Shown piece by piece: positions 1-9,820 of a DNA stretch of 64,000 bases; the stretch's first letter is position 1, and each line of letters begins with the position of its first letter. The position numbers were made by a program, and so were the translations under genes. The notes under the pieces were generated by a model. That model did not search any database and was not told where the DNA came from. It was given only the letters and a program-made list of their open reading frames with translations. The DNA lies in assembly GCA_965249725.1 (NCBI GenBank), contig CBDFMQ010000002.1, forward strand, positions 1,056,001 to 1,120,000. The letters run 5' to 3'. The DNA comes from Longimicrobiales bacterium. GTDB lineage: Bacteria > Gemmatimonadota > Gemmatimonadetes > Longimicrobiales > Gaopeijiaceae.

Positions 1-628
1 CCTCGAGCTCCTCACTCTGCGATCCGATAATATCCGAAAGCTCGCCTAGTAGGACCTGGAGGTCCTGAGCGCCTCCCCCCACCGCCGCGATGGTCGAGTC
101 CGACAGCAGCGCCGTGATCTGGTCCAGGAACTGTTCACCCTTTGCGCCCAACGCGTCCGTGTCGTCCAGGAGACCCTTCACCGCCGTCCCTGGCAGAGTG
201 GCACCAGGCGGGACGTAGCCCGGCCCGTCTCCCGGCACCACCATCACCGTCCGAGGAGACATGAGACCCGGGCTCACGAGCCGTGTCACCGACCCCACCG
301 GGATGCGCCACTGACCCTCGACCTCGAGGATGATGACGACGTCTTCCGACTCGACCTCCAGACCGAAGTCGTGGACCCGCCCGATGTTCACACCACGCAT
401 CTGGACCGGATCTCCCTTACGAAGCCCCATCACGTTCTCGACGGTGGTCGTGATCTTGTACCGACCGCGAAAGGTCGCCGGATCCGTCAGGAGAAAGAGC
501 AAGTAGATGGTCGCAGCGAGGCCGACGAGCACGAACAACCCGAGCCGGACGTCCCGCCTACCAGCTTGAGCCGGGATCGCTAGCTCGATTTCCTTGTCCG
601 TGGGGCCCTGGTCGTTCTGTCTCTCCAA
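1..628 (-). CDS. mlaD: MlaD/MCE-family protein, 3'-truncated by window edge
   Basis: Not in ORF track. Read by hand from TTG at 628 (GGGAG upstream): MERQNDQGPT...DVRLGLFVLVGLAATIYLLFLL (TM)...ENVMGLRKGDPVQMRGVNIGRV (MCE motif). Directly downstream of mlaF. Confidence 0.85.
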   Translation of the reverse strand, partial: MERQNDQGPTDKEIELAIPAQAGRRDVRLGLFVLVGLAATIYLLFLLTDPATFRGRYKITTTVENVMGLRKGDPVQMRGVNIGRVHDFGLEVESEDVVIILEVEGQWRIPVGSVTRLVSPGLMSPRTVMVVPGDGPGYVPPGATLPGTAVKGLLDDTDALGAKGEQFLDQITALLSDSTIAAVGGGAQDLQVLLGELSDIIGSQSEELE

Positions 629-650
629 TGGATGCTCCCGTATGTCCGTT

Positions 651-1448
651 CTAACTGACTACCAATGTGTCCAGAGCCGCCGTCGCGGCAGCCCGATCAC
701 TAAACGCTTTCACTACCGGATCGTGACTCACTCTAAACGCTTGGGGCGTACCGCAGAAGCGCAGCTTTCCGCCCTCGAGCATCGCGACGCGATCGCACAT
801 CTCGAGACCACCCTCGACGTCGTGCGTGACCAGAAGCGACGTGGTGTGCAACTCATCCGAGAGGCGCGTAATCAGCCTTTCGATGGCCGCGGTGTTCACG
901 GGATCGAGCCCGGTCGTCGGCTCGTCCCAAAGCAGGATCTCCGGCCGACCGGCGATAGCCCTCGCGATCCCCACCCGCTTCTTCATACCGCCGGACAGCT
1001 CCGCCGGGAGCTTACTCAATACCTGCCCGGGGTCCAGCTTGACGAGTTCGAGCGCTTCCCAAGCTCGACGCCGAATGTCGGCCCGGCTCATGCCCCTGAG
1101 CGTTTCTTCGGAGATGCCCATCTCGATGTTCTCGAAAACGGTGAGCGAATCGAAGAGCGCTGCATACTGAAATACGTAACCGACTTTTTCCCGGATCCGT
1201 TCCAGCGACCGCCGATCACCGAAATACACAGAGTCGCCTGCCACGCGCACGTCACCCTGATCAGGCGTAATCAGTGCCATCGTGGTCTTGAGCAGCACGC
1301 TCTTACCGGTACCCGATGGACCGAAGAGCGCGAACATCTCACCCTTCTCAACGGACAGGCTGACACCGGAGAGCACCGGGGCGTCGAACGCCTTGAAGAC
1401 GTCGATGTACTCGATGACCGGTTCCGATCCGTTCCCTTGAGGCGGCAC
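651..1448 (-). CDS. mlaF: MlaF/Mkl-type ABC transporter ATP-binding protein
   Basis: Walker A GPSGTGKS, FQYAALFDSL, signature LSGGMKKRV, Walker B LLWDEPT, H-loop VTHD; lies between mlaE and mlaD. Confidence 0.92.
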   Translation of the reverse strand: MPPQGNGSEPVIEYIDVFKAFDAPVLSGVSLSVEKGEMFALFGPSGTGKSVLLKTTMALITPDQGDVRVAGDSVYFGDRRSLERIREKVGYVFQYAALFDSLTVFENIEMGISEETLRGMSRADIRRRAWEALELVKLDPGQVLSKLPAELSGGMKKRVGIARAIAGRPEILLWDEPTTGLDPVNTAAIERLITRLSDELHTTSLLVTHDVEGGLEMCDRVAMLEGGKLRFCGTPQAFRVSHDPVVKAFSDRAAATAALDTLVVS

Positions 1449-1457
1449 CGTAGTCCC

Positions 1458-2240
1458 CTACTGAAGAAAGAGTGGCGGGAACATGGCGTCGATGATCAAT
1501 ATCGTCAGGGTCATGAAGACGACCGACTGAGTCGTGGTACGTCCCACACCCTCCGCGCCGCCCGACGTCCGTAGCCCCATGTGGATGGCTATAACCGGGA
1601 TCGCGGCACCGAAGATGAACGCCTTCAGGAGCGAGTAGAACAGGTCATAAGAGTGCCAGAAGAGCCGCGCTCCGTAGAAGAACGTCTCTCTACCCAGCCC
1701 CAGCGTAAACTCGGCAGATACCATCCCCGTCAGAATCCCGACCACGTTGGCCATGGCAACCAGGAGCGGCATGGAGACAATCATTGCCAGGACCCGAGGG
1801 GCCGCCAGGATCTCGACCGGGTCCCGACCCACGGAGTACAGAGCATCGATCTGCTCCGAGACCTTCATCGTACCCAATTCGGCAGTGATTCGCGCGCCGA
1901 CCCGGCCTATCATGACGATGGCGGTGAGGACCGGTCCCATTTCGAGGATGACACTCTCAACCACCACCGAACCCATCACGTAGAGCGGCAGATTGCTCTG
2001 CATCTGATAGCCGCCCTGTTGGCTAGTCACCACCCCGATCAGCCCGGCGGCCACCAGTACGATCGGGATGCTCTGGATCCCCACAATGTAGATCTGACGA
2101 AATACGTCCCGTCTGGACACTCGGAAACGGGCAAAAGCGACACCCATGTTCCAGACGAGGAGACCCAGCTGCCCGGCGTGCTCGGCCACCGATCTGGAGA
2201 CTCGACCGAAGCCCGCCACCATCCCCGTCAGGGTGTCCAT
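1458..2240 (-). CDS. mlaE: MlaE-family ABC permease
   Basis: EMGPVLTA..GRVGA.ITAELGTMKVSEQIDAL and GGAEGVGRTTT motifs; start moved to MDTLTG. Confidence 0.92.
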   Translation of the reverse strand: MDTLTGMVAGFGRVSRSVAEHAGQLGLLVWNMGVAFARFRVSRRDVFRQIYIVGIQSIPIVLVAAGLIGVVTSQQGGYQMQSNLPLYVMGSVVVESVILEMGPVLTAIVMIGRVGARITAELGTMKVSEQIDALYSVGRDPVEILAAPRVLAMIVSMPLLVAMANVVGILTGMVSAEFTLGLGRETFFYGARLFWHSYDLFYSLLKAFIFGAAIPVIAIHMGLRTSGGAEGVGRTTTQSVVFMTLTILIIDAMFPPLFLQ

Positions 2241-2439
2241 CGTGCGGGGAACCAGAGAGAATTCGCGGCTCACGGAGCTCCGAAATATCAAGATGAGAGG
2301 CAATTTCCGCCCAAGAGGGAGGCGCAAAAGGTTCGGTGATTCTGCGATGAAAATCAAGGAGTTGTGACCAGGAGTGCTCGCCAAGTACAAGGGCGGGGGT
2401 TAGAGTGGCGAACACTCCGGATTTCAAGCCAGGGAGACC

Positions 2440-3744
2440 ATGATTCGTCTCGATTTGCCCACAAGACTCCTCTCCGCCTTCATACTCCTCGCTTCATTCG
2501 GAGCGCAGTCCGTTTCGGCGCAGTCCCCTGACCCGGCCCAGGAGCTCCGGGCTATCTTCGCCGACCCCTCCGTACAGGCCGCGCTGGAACGCATCGAGGC
2601 GGACGACGCCGAGACCATGCGCACCCTCGTTACGTTGACCCAGATCCCGGCGCCCCCCTTCGCCGAGCAGGTGCGGGGCCTAGCCTTCCGCGACATGCTG
2701 GTAGAGGCCGGGGTGGACTCGGCCTATGTGGACGACGTGGGCAACGTCATCGGCCTGAGGCGAGGCACCGGCAGCTCCGCAGGCACCGTTGCCATTGCCG
2801 GACACCTCGATACGGTCTTCCCGGAAGGCACCGACGTGACCATCCGCGTGCGCGGGGACACCCTGTATGCGCCGGGGGTGGGTGACGATACACGCGGAGT
2901 CACCGCGGTCCTGACCATCCTCCGAGCTATGAACGCAGCGGATGTCAAAACGGAGAACGACATCTTGTTCGTAGGCACGGTCGGCGAGGAGGGGCTGGGC
3001 GACCTACGTGGTATGAAGCACCTGTTCCGGCCCGGAGGCCCCTCCATCGACAGCTTCATCTCGATCGACGGGCTGAGCGACACCCGCGTCACGCATCAGG
3101 GGCTGGGGTCGCATCGCTACCGGGTCACGTTCAAGGGTCCCGGCGGCCACTCATGGGGTGCCTTCGGCCTGCTGAACCCCGCTCACGTCATGGGCCGCGC
3201 GACCCATTACTTCGATCTCGCAGCCGATGCCTACACGAGAAGCGGCCCGAAAACCAGCTACAACGTGGGCATGGTCACGGGCGGCACTTCGGTGAACTCG
3301 ATTCCCTTCGAGGTCTCGATGCAGGTCGATATGCGGTCGGAGAGCCAGGAACGGCTCATTGTGATCGATACCCTGTTCCAGCGAGCCGTCAGGCGTGCCG
3401 TCACCGAGATGAATGCGAGTCGTCGTACGGGCCCGGCAGTGACCGTCGAGATCGCCTTGATCGGAGACCGACCCTCTGGAGAGGTCTCAGAAGACGCCCC
3501 CCTCGTGCAACGAGCCGTGGCCGCGACCGAACTGCTCGGTCTCGAGCCGTCTCTGGGGCGATCCTCCACCGATTCGAACATTCCGATCTCGATGGGGATT
3601 CAAGCCATCACCATCGGCGGAGGGGGCAGTGGAGGCGGTGGGCACTCGCCGGGTGAGTGGTTCATCAACGAGAATGGCCCTCGCGGCATCCAAAGAGCCC
3701 TGCTCATTGTCGTCGCCCAAGCGGGACTCGCCCCGATCAGCTAA
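2440..3744 (+). CDS. Secreted M20/M25/M40-family metallopeptidase/hydrolase
   Basis: Signal peptide; GHLDTV, GDD, GEEGLGDL, GGHSW, STD, C-terminal HS..EW metal-ligand motifs; GGGAG SD. Confidence 0.88.
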   Translation: MIRLDLPTRLLSAFILLASFGAQSVSAQSPDPAQELRAIFADPSVQAALERIEADDAETMRTLVTLTQIPAPPFAEQVRGLAFRDMLVEAGVDSAYVDDVGNVIGLRRGTGSSAGTVAIAGHLDTVFPEGTDVTIRVRGDTLYAPGVGDDTRGVTAVLTILRAMNAADVKTENDILFVGTVGEEGLGDLRGMKHLFRPGGPSIDSFISIDGLSDTRVTHQGLGSHRYRVTFKGPGGHSWGAFGLLNPAHVMGRATHYFDLAADAYTRSGPKTSYNVGMVTGGTSVNSIPFEVSMQVDMRSESQERLIVIDTLFQRAVRRAVTEMNASRRTGPAVTVEIALIGDRPSGEVSEDAPLVQRAVAATELLGLEPSLGRSSTDSNIPISMGIQAITIGGGGSGGGGHSPGEWFINENGPRGIQRALLIVVAQAGLAPIS

Positions 3745-3756
3745 TAGGAGGCCGAA

Positions 3757-4647
3757 ATGATCAAGACAACGAACCGGCACCGGAAACCCGCTTCGTCGAT
3801 GTCCCTTTCGCTGGTGACACTACTGGCCCTTGGAGGCGGGCTCCTGGGATGTGGGGCGCCGGCCGACGAGACTGGGGAGCCCGGAGGGGACGCGGCCCCG
3901 GCCTCCTCCCTGGTCGACACACTACCTTCGGCGGTCTGGGGGCGGGCGGCGGCCCCGTCCGGTGAGTCCGTCTCCTACTTCGAAGGAGATGAAGCCGCGG
4001 TCGGATACCTCGCCGTACCGGAGGGTGAGGGACCCTTCCCCGCCGTGATTCTGATACACGAGTGGAACGGCCTGGTGGATCGCGTAAGGCAAATGGCCGA
4101 CGCGATGGCGGCCGAGGGCTACGTCGCTCTGGCCGCCGACCTCTACTCGGGGCGGACCGGGAGCAATCGGGACGAAAACGTCGCGCTCATGCAGGAGGCG
4201 CAGGGCAACATGGATGTGACGATCGCCAATCTCGATGCTGCCGCACGCTTCCTGCGGGCACGAGATGACGTAACGGGTCGGGTGGCCTCCATGGGTTGGT
4301 GCTTCGGGGGAGGAATCGCCTTGAGCTACGCCTTGGGCGGCGAAGAACACGAAGGCACGGCGATCTTCTATGGCAGTCTCGTGACGGACCCGGATGTCCT
4401 GGCATCGGTCCAGCACGAGATCTATGGGACCTTTGCCGAGATGGACGGTGGCATTCCCCCGGAAAACGTGAATCAGTTCGTGGAAGCCCTCCGATCGGCT
4501 GGGATTGAGAACGACGTGCACGTCTACGACGCCGTTAACCATGGATTCTGGCTGCGCGTAGAGGAGAATGCCGAGCTGCGCGAAGCACCGGCATTGGATG
4601 CATGGCGTCGTCTGACGGCTTATCTGCAGCGCACTCTGGGCGACTGA
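3757..4647 (+). CDS. Dienelactone hydrolase family lipoprotein
   Basis: IHEWNG, nucleophile elbow GWCFGG, HGF; lipobox-like LLGC; AGGAGG SD. Confidence 0.88.
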   Translation: MIKTTNRHRKPASSMSLSLVTLLALGGGLLGCGAPADETGEPGGDAAPASSLVDTLPSAVWGRAAAPSGESVSYFEGDEAAVGYLAVPEGEGPFPAVILIHEWNGLVDRVRQMADAMAAEGYVALAADLYSGRTGSNRDENVALMQEAQGNMDVTIANLDAAARFLRARDDVTGRVASMGWCFGGGIALSYALGGEEHEGTAIFYGSLVTDPDVLASVQHEIYGTFAEMDGGIPPENVNQFVEALRSAGIENDVHVYDAVNHGFWLRVEENAELREAPALDAWRRLTAYLQRTLGD

Positions 4648-4663
4648 TCAGGTCCGCCCCGTC

Positions 4664-5563
4664 ATGACCATCAGCCGGTTCGCACGAAGGCGGGCACGCC
4701 CGTCGGGCCTTGCCCTGGCCGCCGTGCTCGCAACGGCCTGCGGAGAACAAACCGACATCTCCTTCTTCGTTCTCGTGAAGTCGTCGAACTACGCTCAGAA
4801 CAGCGAAGGCGACCTGACACTCCTCAACTTCCACTTCTTCTCCGAGGTCTTTCTCCGTCCGGAGGGCTCGCTCGAATCAGGGACGCTGGCGCGCGAAGGT
4901 GCTAGCGACCCCCCTCTCCCGTACGAGGACCGGGGTGACAATTTCTACATCGAGATGGGCCACTTCGACACGCAAGCAGAGGTCGACCAGGCCCATCCCA
5001 ACGGCACCTATCTGTTCAGCCTGACAGCACCAAGCGTCCGTCTCCGTAGCGTGGCCCTGGAACTCGCCGGCCCCTCTGGCCAGACCGATATCCCGGCGCC
5101 CATCAAGATCTCACTCGAACAGGCGGGTTCGCAGGTATCGCCGCTCGCCGTAGATCCGAATCAGGATCTCGTGGTTCGTTGGAGCGAGTACTCCAACGGA
5201 CGAGCCGATCCGAAAGGCATCGTCGACGACATGATCTTCGTGGTTGTCGCAGATTGTCGGGGTGAACGGCTGTTCCACACCGGACTGCCGTTTCAAGGGC
5301 CCTACACGACGTTCCGAACGGACGAAATTACCGTCGAAGCGGAGCAGCTTACGGCGGGTCAGCCCTACTCCGCCTTTGTGGAGTTCCCGCATGTCGTGGA
5401 CAGCGACGTGGTGAGGGGCGTCCCGGGATTCACGTCCTACGCTACCGCCACCTACCTCGACCTGCACACCACGGGACCGCTCTCGGACACAGGTTGCCCC
5501 GACGCTCCTCCGCCGATGGATACGGGTCAAACGGATCGAATGGCGCCTGTGCGTATCCCCTGA
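4664..5563 (+). CDS. Hypothetical lipoprotein
   Basis: Basic N-terminus, hydrophobic stretch, LATAC lipobox; 299-aa ORF 16 nt after the hydrolase gene. Confidence 0.7.
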   Translation: MTISRFARRRARPSGLALAAVLATACGEQTDISFFVLVKSSNYAQNSEGDLTLLNFHFFSEVFLRPEGSLESGTLAREGASDPPLPYEDRGDNFYIEMGHFDTQAEVDQAHPNGTYLFSLTAPSVRLRSVALELAGPSGQTDIPAPIKISLEQAGSQVSPLAVDPNQDLVVRWSEYSNGRADPKGIVDDMIFVVVADCRGERLFHTGLPFQGPYTTFRTDEITVEAEQLTAGQPYSAFVEFPHVVDSDVVRGVPGFTSYATATYLDLHTTGPLSDTGCPDAPPPMDTGQTDRMAPVRIP

Positions 5564-5602
5564 CGATCCGAAAGCAGGAAGCACCCCACGGAGCCTGGTG
5601 GG

Positions 5603-6682
5603 TCAGTCCCTCCGGGGTGTATTAGGCAATCCACTTCGACGTAGCGGCAGAGCGGGTACCGAGTCACCCGGAGCCACCAGCCAACCCTCGAAACGCTGGT
5701 ATCGCTGTAGGTAGTCGCCACCGGGTACTTCCCGCCACACGATGGCTTCGCTCGGGAGTAGATAGGCTTGGGTCAGGCCGGAAAGCGGCGGTGCGAAGAC
5801 AGCGCGTCCCCCCGCATGCTCTACCGGATCGGGCGTATCGAAAAGCCACTCCACCGACTTGAAGGTGGTGTCCCTGGCAAGCGCGATCGTCCCCTTGATG
5901 CTCGGCTTGTTGTCCTTCTTCGGGCAGTACCTCAGCGTCCACCCCTCGGGCCCCTCGTGCTCAACCACCAACCGATGCCGCTCACCGAAGAGGTCGTCGA
6001 CGAAGTGTGGAGCGAAGTCCGCATCGAGCGGTGCGTAGACCCACGAGTCGTACGGGCGGGCCCCATCGGTGCGACGAACCTTGAACGCGTATCCGTCCCT
6101 CTGGATGCGTCGGCTCCAGCTGAAGCGAAGAAGCGACGATGACGAGCGTTGGCTCAGTGCCAGAGAGGGGAGGTCGAGCGGGCCGAGTTTGGAAAGCGGC
6201 ACCACGGTGTCGGCCTCGGCGAGGTAGGTCGCCACGCCCAGAGTGTCCATGAGCCCGTGGTAGCGGAGGCGCGCGAGCTGCCACAACTGCCTGGCCAGAG
6301 CGTCGTCGCGCCCCTGCTCGCAGGTCGCTTCTTCCGTCGTCACCAAGAGCCCCTCGAGCATCAAGGGGGCTTCGTCGAGCTGGATCGCGTAGTCGTCCAC
6401 GTCCTCCTCGACGGTGATGCCCACCGTCTTGAATCCCAATCCGCCGATCTGAAGGGTCACCGCCTGGAAGGCGATGCTTTCGGGGAAGAAGAAACGGCCA
6501 TCGGCGTCGGTGAGACGCGCCGCGATGCGTCGATTGGCGGTCCACACCTCGATGGCGACCCCCTCGAGCGGCTCACCTCCTCTGGCCGTGACGACACCTC
6601 TGATCTGTGCCGAAGCCTCCGTCGCCCAAACCCCCGAAACAACGAGGGCGAGCATCAGGATCCTTACGATGTTCCTACTCAC
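5603..6682 (-). CDS. Secreted protein with carboxypeptidase-regulatory-like (prealbumin-fold) N-domain
   Basis: Signal peptide ending ASA-Q; IRGVV...GEPLEGVAI...TDADGRF...GLGF pattern; GGAG SD. Confidence 0.75.
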   Translation of the reverse strand: MSRNIVRILMLALVVSGVWATEASAQIRGVVTARGGEPLEGVAIEVWTANRRIAARLTDADGRFFFPESIAFQAVTLQIGGLGFKTVGITVEEDVDDYAIQLDEAPLMLEGLLVTTEEATCEQGRDDALARQLWQLARLRYHGLMDTLGVATYLAEADTVVPLSKLGPLDLPSLALSQRSSSSLLRFSWSRRIQRDGYAFKVRRTDGARPYDSWVYAPLDADFAPHFVDDLFGERHRLVVEHEGPEGWTLRYCPKKDNKPSIKGTIALARDTTFKSVEWLFDTPDPVEHAGGRAVFAPPLSGLTQAYLLPSEAIVWREVPGGDYLQRYQRFEGWLVAPGDSVPALPLRRSGLPNTPRRD

Positions 6683-6806
6683 ATGACTCTCCGGTCCTAC
6701 GAAGGCCAGTCCGCTCCGAGTGGCGACTCGGCCCTTTCATGTTCTATCGGCCTGTCGGCGGCAGGTTCCCCCGCGCCTCGGGCGGTCACAATACATATAC
6801 GACAGA

Positions 6807-6835
6807 GGGGTCGTCTCATTAACTCGGACGACCCC
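6807..6835. terminator. Stem-loop downstream of the M14 peptidase gene (possible terminator)
   Basis: GGGGTCGTC/GACGACCCC 9-bp inverted repeat; no clear U-tract. Confidence 0.35.
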
Positions 6836-6881
6836 CCCACCGGTTTCCGTTAAACCCTGCCGGACCCAGAATGTCCAGGGC

Positions 6882-9623
6882 TCAGAGGATGGGCCCCTCC
6901 TGCGCCGAACCGTAGAAGATCCCGTTGAAGAGCAGCGGGAACGCCGCATGGGACTGCGAACGGAAGGTGATCCTCGGCGAGAACAAGAACAGCTTGCCCT
7001 CCCCGAGCGGTGCCTCGATCAACGCGGTTCCGTTCTGCATGCGCTCCTGGCCCCACGCCCACCCGCTTCGCAGGGGCTGATCGGTATCGAACCATCCGAC
7101 TCGCTTGATTCCCTGCGCCTCCCAGCCCGACTCGAGCTGGAAGAGGGGGCTGTGGCTGATGAGCACGTCCAATCGCTCACCGAGCCCATGCGTGACCGGG
7201 CTGACGTCCTCGAGCTTGAGGGAGTGCACGGATCCGGGGGCATAGTATTGCTCCCCGGTCAGCGGCTGACCGTTTTCAACCAGATGGTTGCTCATCGGAA
7301 GACCGGCATAGTACCCCAACACCGACGAACTGCCGACGGCGATCACCGTCCCGCCCGCTCGGGCGAACTCCAGGATCTCCGGCACCGTCCCGTCGGCCGT
7401 AACTGACCCCAGTCGGCCACGAAGGTCTTCGGGAATGGTGGCCGGGTCCAAAGGGCTACGGAACCGTTCGCGACCGCTCCGACCGCCGTCGCTGGGGGCA
7501 GGGATCGCGCCATCCTCGAAGACCAAGACGTCGAACCGGTCGCGCAGGTTGCCCTCGGTCAGCTCGGGCGGATAGACGACCTCGAAGTCGAATCCGAAGT
7601 CCTCCATGATCATGCGGGTCCAGCCGGACGCCATCGAGCCTCCGTACTGATCCCACAGGCCGACTCTGGGGCGACGCATCTTGAGCGTGCCGCCCATCGG
7701 CGCGCTGATCCCCTGGAAGCTCACTCCCGTCTCGTTGGCCAACGTCTCCAACGCGGCGGCGGCGACCTGGCTCGCCGGAACGTAGAAGGCGCCGTCCGTC
7801 AGGTTAGTGCCACCCGGAGCCTCGAGCAGCCAATACACGTCACTCCCCTGAGCGAGCAGCCGGTTCAGAACCAGGAACGAGTTGTTGTTGCGGTGGTCGA
7901 ACGCGTACCCGGACGCCGCGGCTGCAGCCATCACCTGACCGGCTGGAATCTCGGCGAGTCCGTCGATCGACTCGAAGGGTCCATCGAAGCCGTCCAAGAT
8001 GCGGTCGAATTCGATGCCCATCTGGAACGCCAGCGTCCACCCCGCGTTGTCATACGGAGGCGTGGGTGGGCCACCCGGATAGGCGAAGTCGTTCGGGTGC
8101 TGCTGGGGCTCGAACATGTCCATCACGTGGGGGCGGAAGGCCTGGTTCGTCTTCACCACGTATGAGCCCGCACCGTATCGGGTACCGGCCACATTGAAGC
8201 CCGCCGTCGCACGATGGACGTTTACGCCGTTCTTCAGGAGCGTGTTGACGAACTTGGTGGCGGTAGCGAAATCGGGCTGATCCACCGGCAGAATGAATCC
8301 CCGCGGATCGCGTCCCTCACGGGGCCGCAGCAGCCGCTGATAGTCGGCGGCGGATCCGGTCGCCCCGGGCCCCAAACTCCGGGCCGCATCCTCGACCTCG
8401 AAGGGCAGAACCGTCCAGGTGTCACGCTCACCACGCTCAATCGAGTTCATGCCCATGCGCCAGATGCTGTAGAGCAGATGATCACGGTTCCTCGACGCGT
8501 AGTCGAGGACCGCCCAGTTGGCCGTCTGGGAGTACTCGATCGATTGCCGGAAATGCCACACACCGGGCTCGACCGGCAGCGGCAGATCCCCATGGGGCAA
8601 CTGTCGATCGGGCCGGAAGGGAATCTCGATCGGAGTCGGGTTGCCGATCGTCTCGGTGAGTAGGCCCACCATATTCTTGAAATACGGAGTCGTCCTGAGC
8701 CCTCCGTTCCACCAGGTGGAGTAGCTGGCCCCAGAACGCATGGTGGTGCCCCCCTTCCCCTCCCGGACGAACCGGCCGTGCATGGCGGCACCGACCCCGT
8801 CGAGGCCCGTGATGATGAGGGGATCGAGGTTGTGATTCGGGGGGTCACGGAAGGGCGGAGCGAACATCACCGTTCCAGACGGGCCCGTCTGGTGATGGTT
8901 GTACACGATTTGCGGATACCACTCACGATAGATCACCTCGTTCATGTTGGTGCTCTCCGCGAGCGCCGACATGTAGAAGTCTCGGTTGTTGTCGTGCCCC
9001 GCATATTCGTTGTACAGCTCGGGCACGCCGCTCGTACTCCGCTCGAGTGGATCGTCTTCTCGCATATACCAGTCGGACACGAGCTCCATGCCGTCGGGGT
9101 TGGCATGCACCGCCAGCAGAATCACGTCATCCAGGATCCGGAGAGTCTCGGGGTCCGAGCGACTCACCATCCGGTACACCAACTCCATGAGCTGCTGGGC
9201 TCCCAGGACCTCGGTAGCGTGGAGTCCACCGTCGATCCAGATGACGGCCTTCCCTTCCTCGGACAAGGCGCGAGCCTCCTGCTCGGAGACCCCTTCGGCC
9301 TTCGCGAGACGCCGTGAGATCTCTCGATACCGATCGAGATTCGAACGGTTCTCGGGCGACGTGATGATCGCCATGATCTGGGGCCTGCCCTGAGAGGTGA
9401 GACCGATGTCGAGCACTGACATTCGATCCGACTCGCCGGCCAGCTTCTGCCAGTACTCGTACAGTTGAGTGTAGTTGGGCAGCTCGTAGTCCGCTCCGAT
9501 CTCGTGCCCGAACTGTTGCTCGGGAGAGGTCACCGCCTCCTGGCCGATAGCCGGAAGCGCGAACACCGCGACGACGAGTAGAACGAAGGGGAAAGACGAC
9601 TTCAAAGAACGCATCGGGATCAC
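6882..9623 (-). CDS. Secreted M14-family zinc carboxypeptidase with C-terminal class I glutamine-amidotransferase-like domain
   Basis: Signal peptide; GLHATE (HxxE), NPDG, DNNRD, HHQ; start could be the ATG at 9614. Confidence 0.88.
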   Translation of the reverse strand: MIPMRSLKSSFPFVLLVVAVFALPAIGQEAVTSPEQQFGHEIGADYELPNYTQLYEYWQKLAGESDRMSVLDIGLTSQGRPQIMAIITSPENRSNLDRYREISRRLAKAEGVSEQEARALSEEGKAVIWIDGGLHATEVLGAQQLMELVYRMVSRSDPETLRILDDVILLAVHANPDGMELVSDWYMREDDPLERSTSGVPELYNEYAGHDNNRDFYMSALAESTNMNEVIYREWYPQIVYNHHQTGPSGTVMFAPPFRDPPNHNLDPLIITGLDGVGAAMHGRFVREGKGGTTMRSGASYSTWWNGGLRTTPYFKNMVGLLTETIGNPTPIEIPFRPDRQLPHGDLPLPVEPGVWHFRQSIEYSQTANWAVLDYASRNRDHLLYSIWRMGMNSIERGERDTWTVLPFEVEDAARSLGPGATGSAADYQRLLRPREGRDPRGFILPVDQPDFATATKFVNTLLKNGVNVHRATAGFNVAGTRYGAGSYVVKTNQAFRPHVMDMFEPQQHPNDFAYPGGPPTPPYDNAGWTLAFQMGIEFDRILDGFDGPFESIDGLAEIPAGQVMAAAAASGYAFDHRNNNSFLVLNRLLAQGSDVYWLLEAPGGTNLTDGAFYVPASQVAAAALETLANETGVSFQGISAPMGGTLKMRRPRVGLWDQYGGSMASGWTRMIMEDFGFDFEVVYPPELTEGNLRDRFDVLVFEDGAIPAPSDGGRSGRERFRSPLDPATIPEDLRGRLGSVTADGTVPEILEFARAGGTVIAVGSSSVLGYYAGLPMSNHLVENGQPLTGEQYYAPGSVHSLKLEDVSPVTHGLGERLDVLISHSPLFQLESGWEAQGIKRVGWFDTDQPLRSGWAWGQERMQNGTALIEAPLGEGKLFLFSPRITFRSQSHAAFPLLFNGIFYGSAQEGPIL

Positions 9624-9724
9624 CCGGATTGTAGGCCATGAGAAAGGTCACAACTGATCTTCTGGCACCCGGGGCGTCGCGTCAACCGGTGGCGGCGGAG
9701 TCGAGCGGCGCAGCCGCCGAGGCA

Positions 9725-9759
9725 CCCGCTGGGCGCCCGCTGGGCCCCCGCTGGGCCCC
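9725..9759. repeat. 11-bp tandem repeat x3 (CCCGCTGGGC[G/C])
   Basis: Directly visible in the addA-M14 intergenic region. Confidence 0.7.
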
Positions 9760-9820
9760 AAGAGCGCGCGCTCGACCGGGCCTAACCCCAAGTGGACAGG
9801 AGCGGGCCTGCGAGCGGCGC

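Noticed and set aside
594..2339. Long antisense ORFs (594-1574, 1581-2339 and many similar ones across the window)
   Set aside because: Expected shadows of GC-rich genes on the opposite strand; no motifs or SD support.
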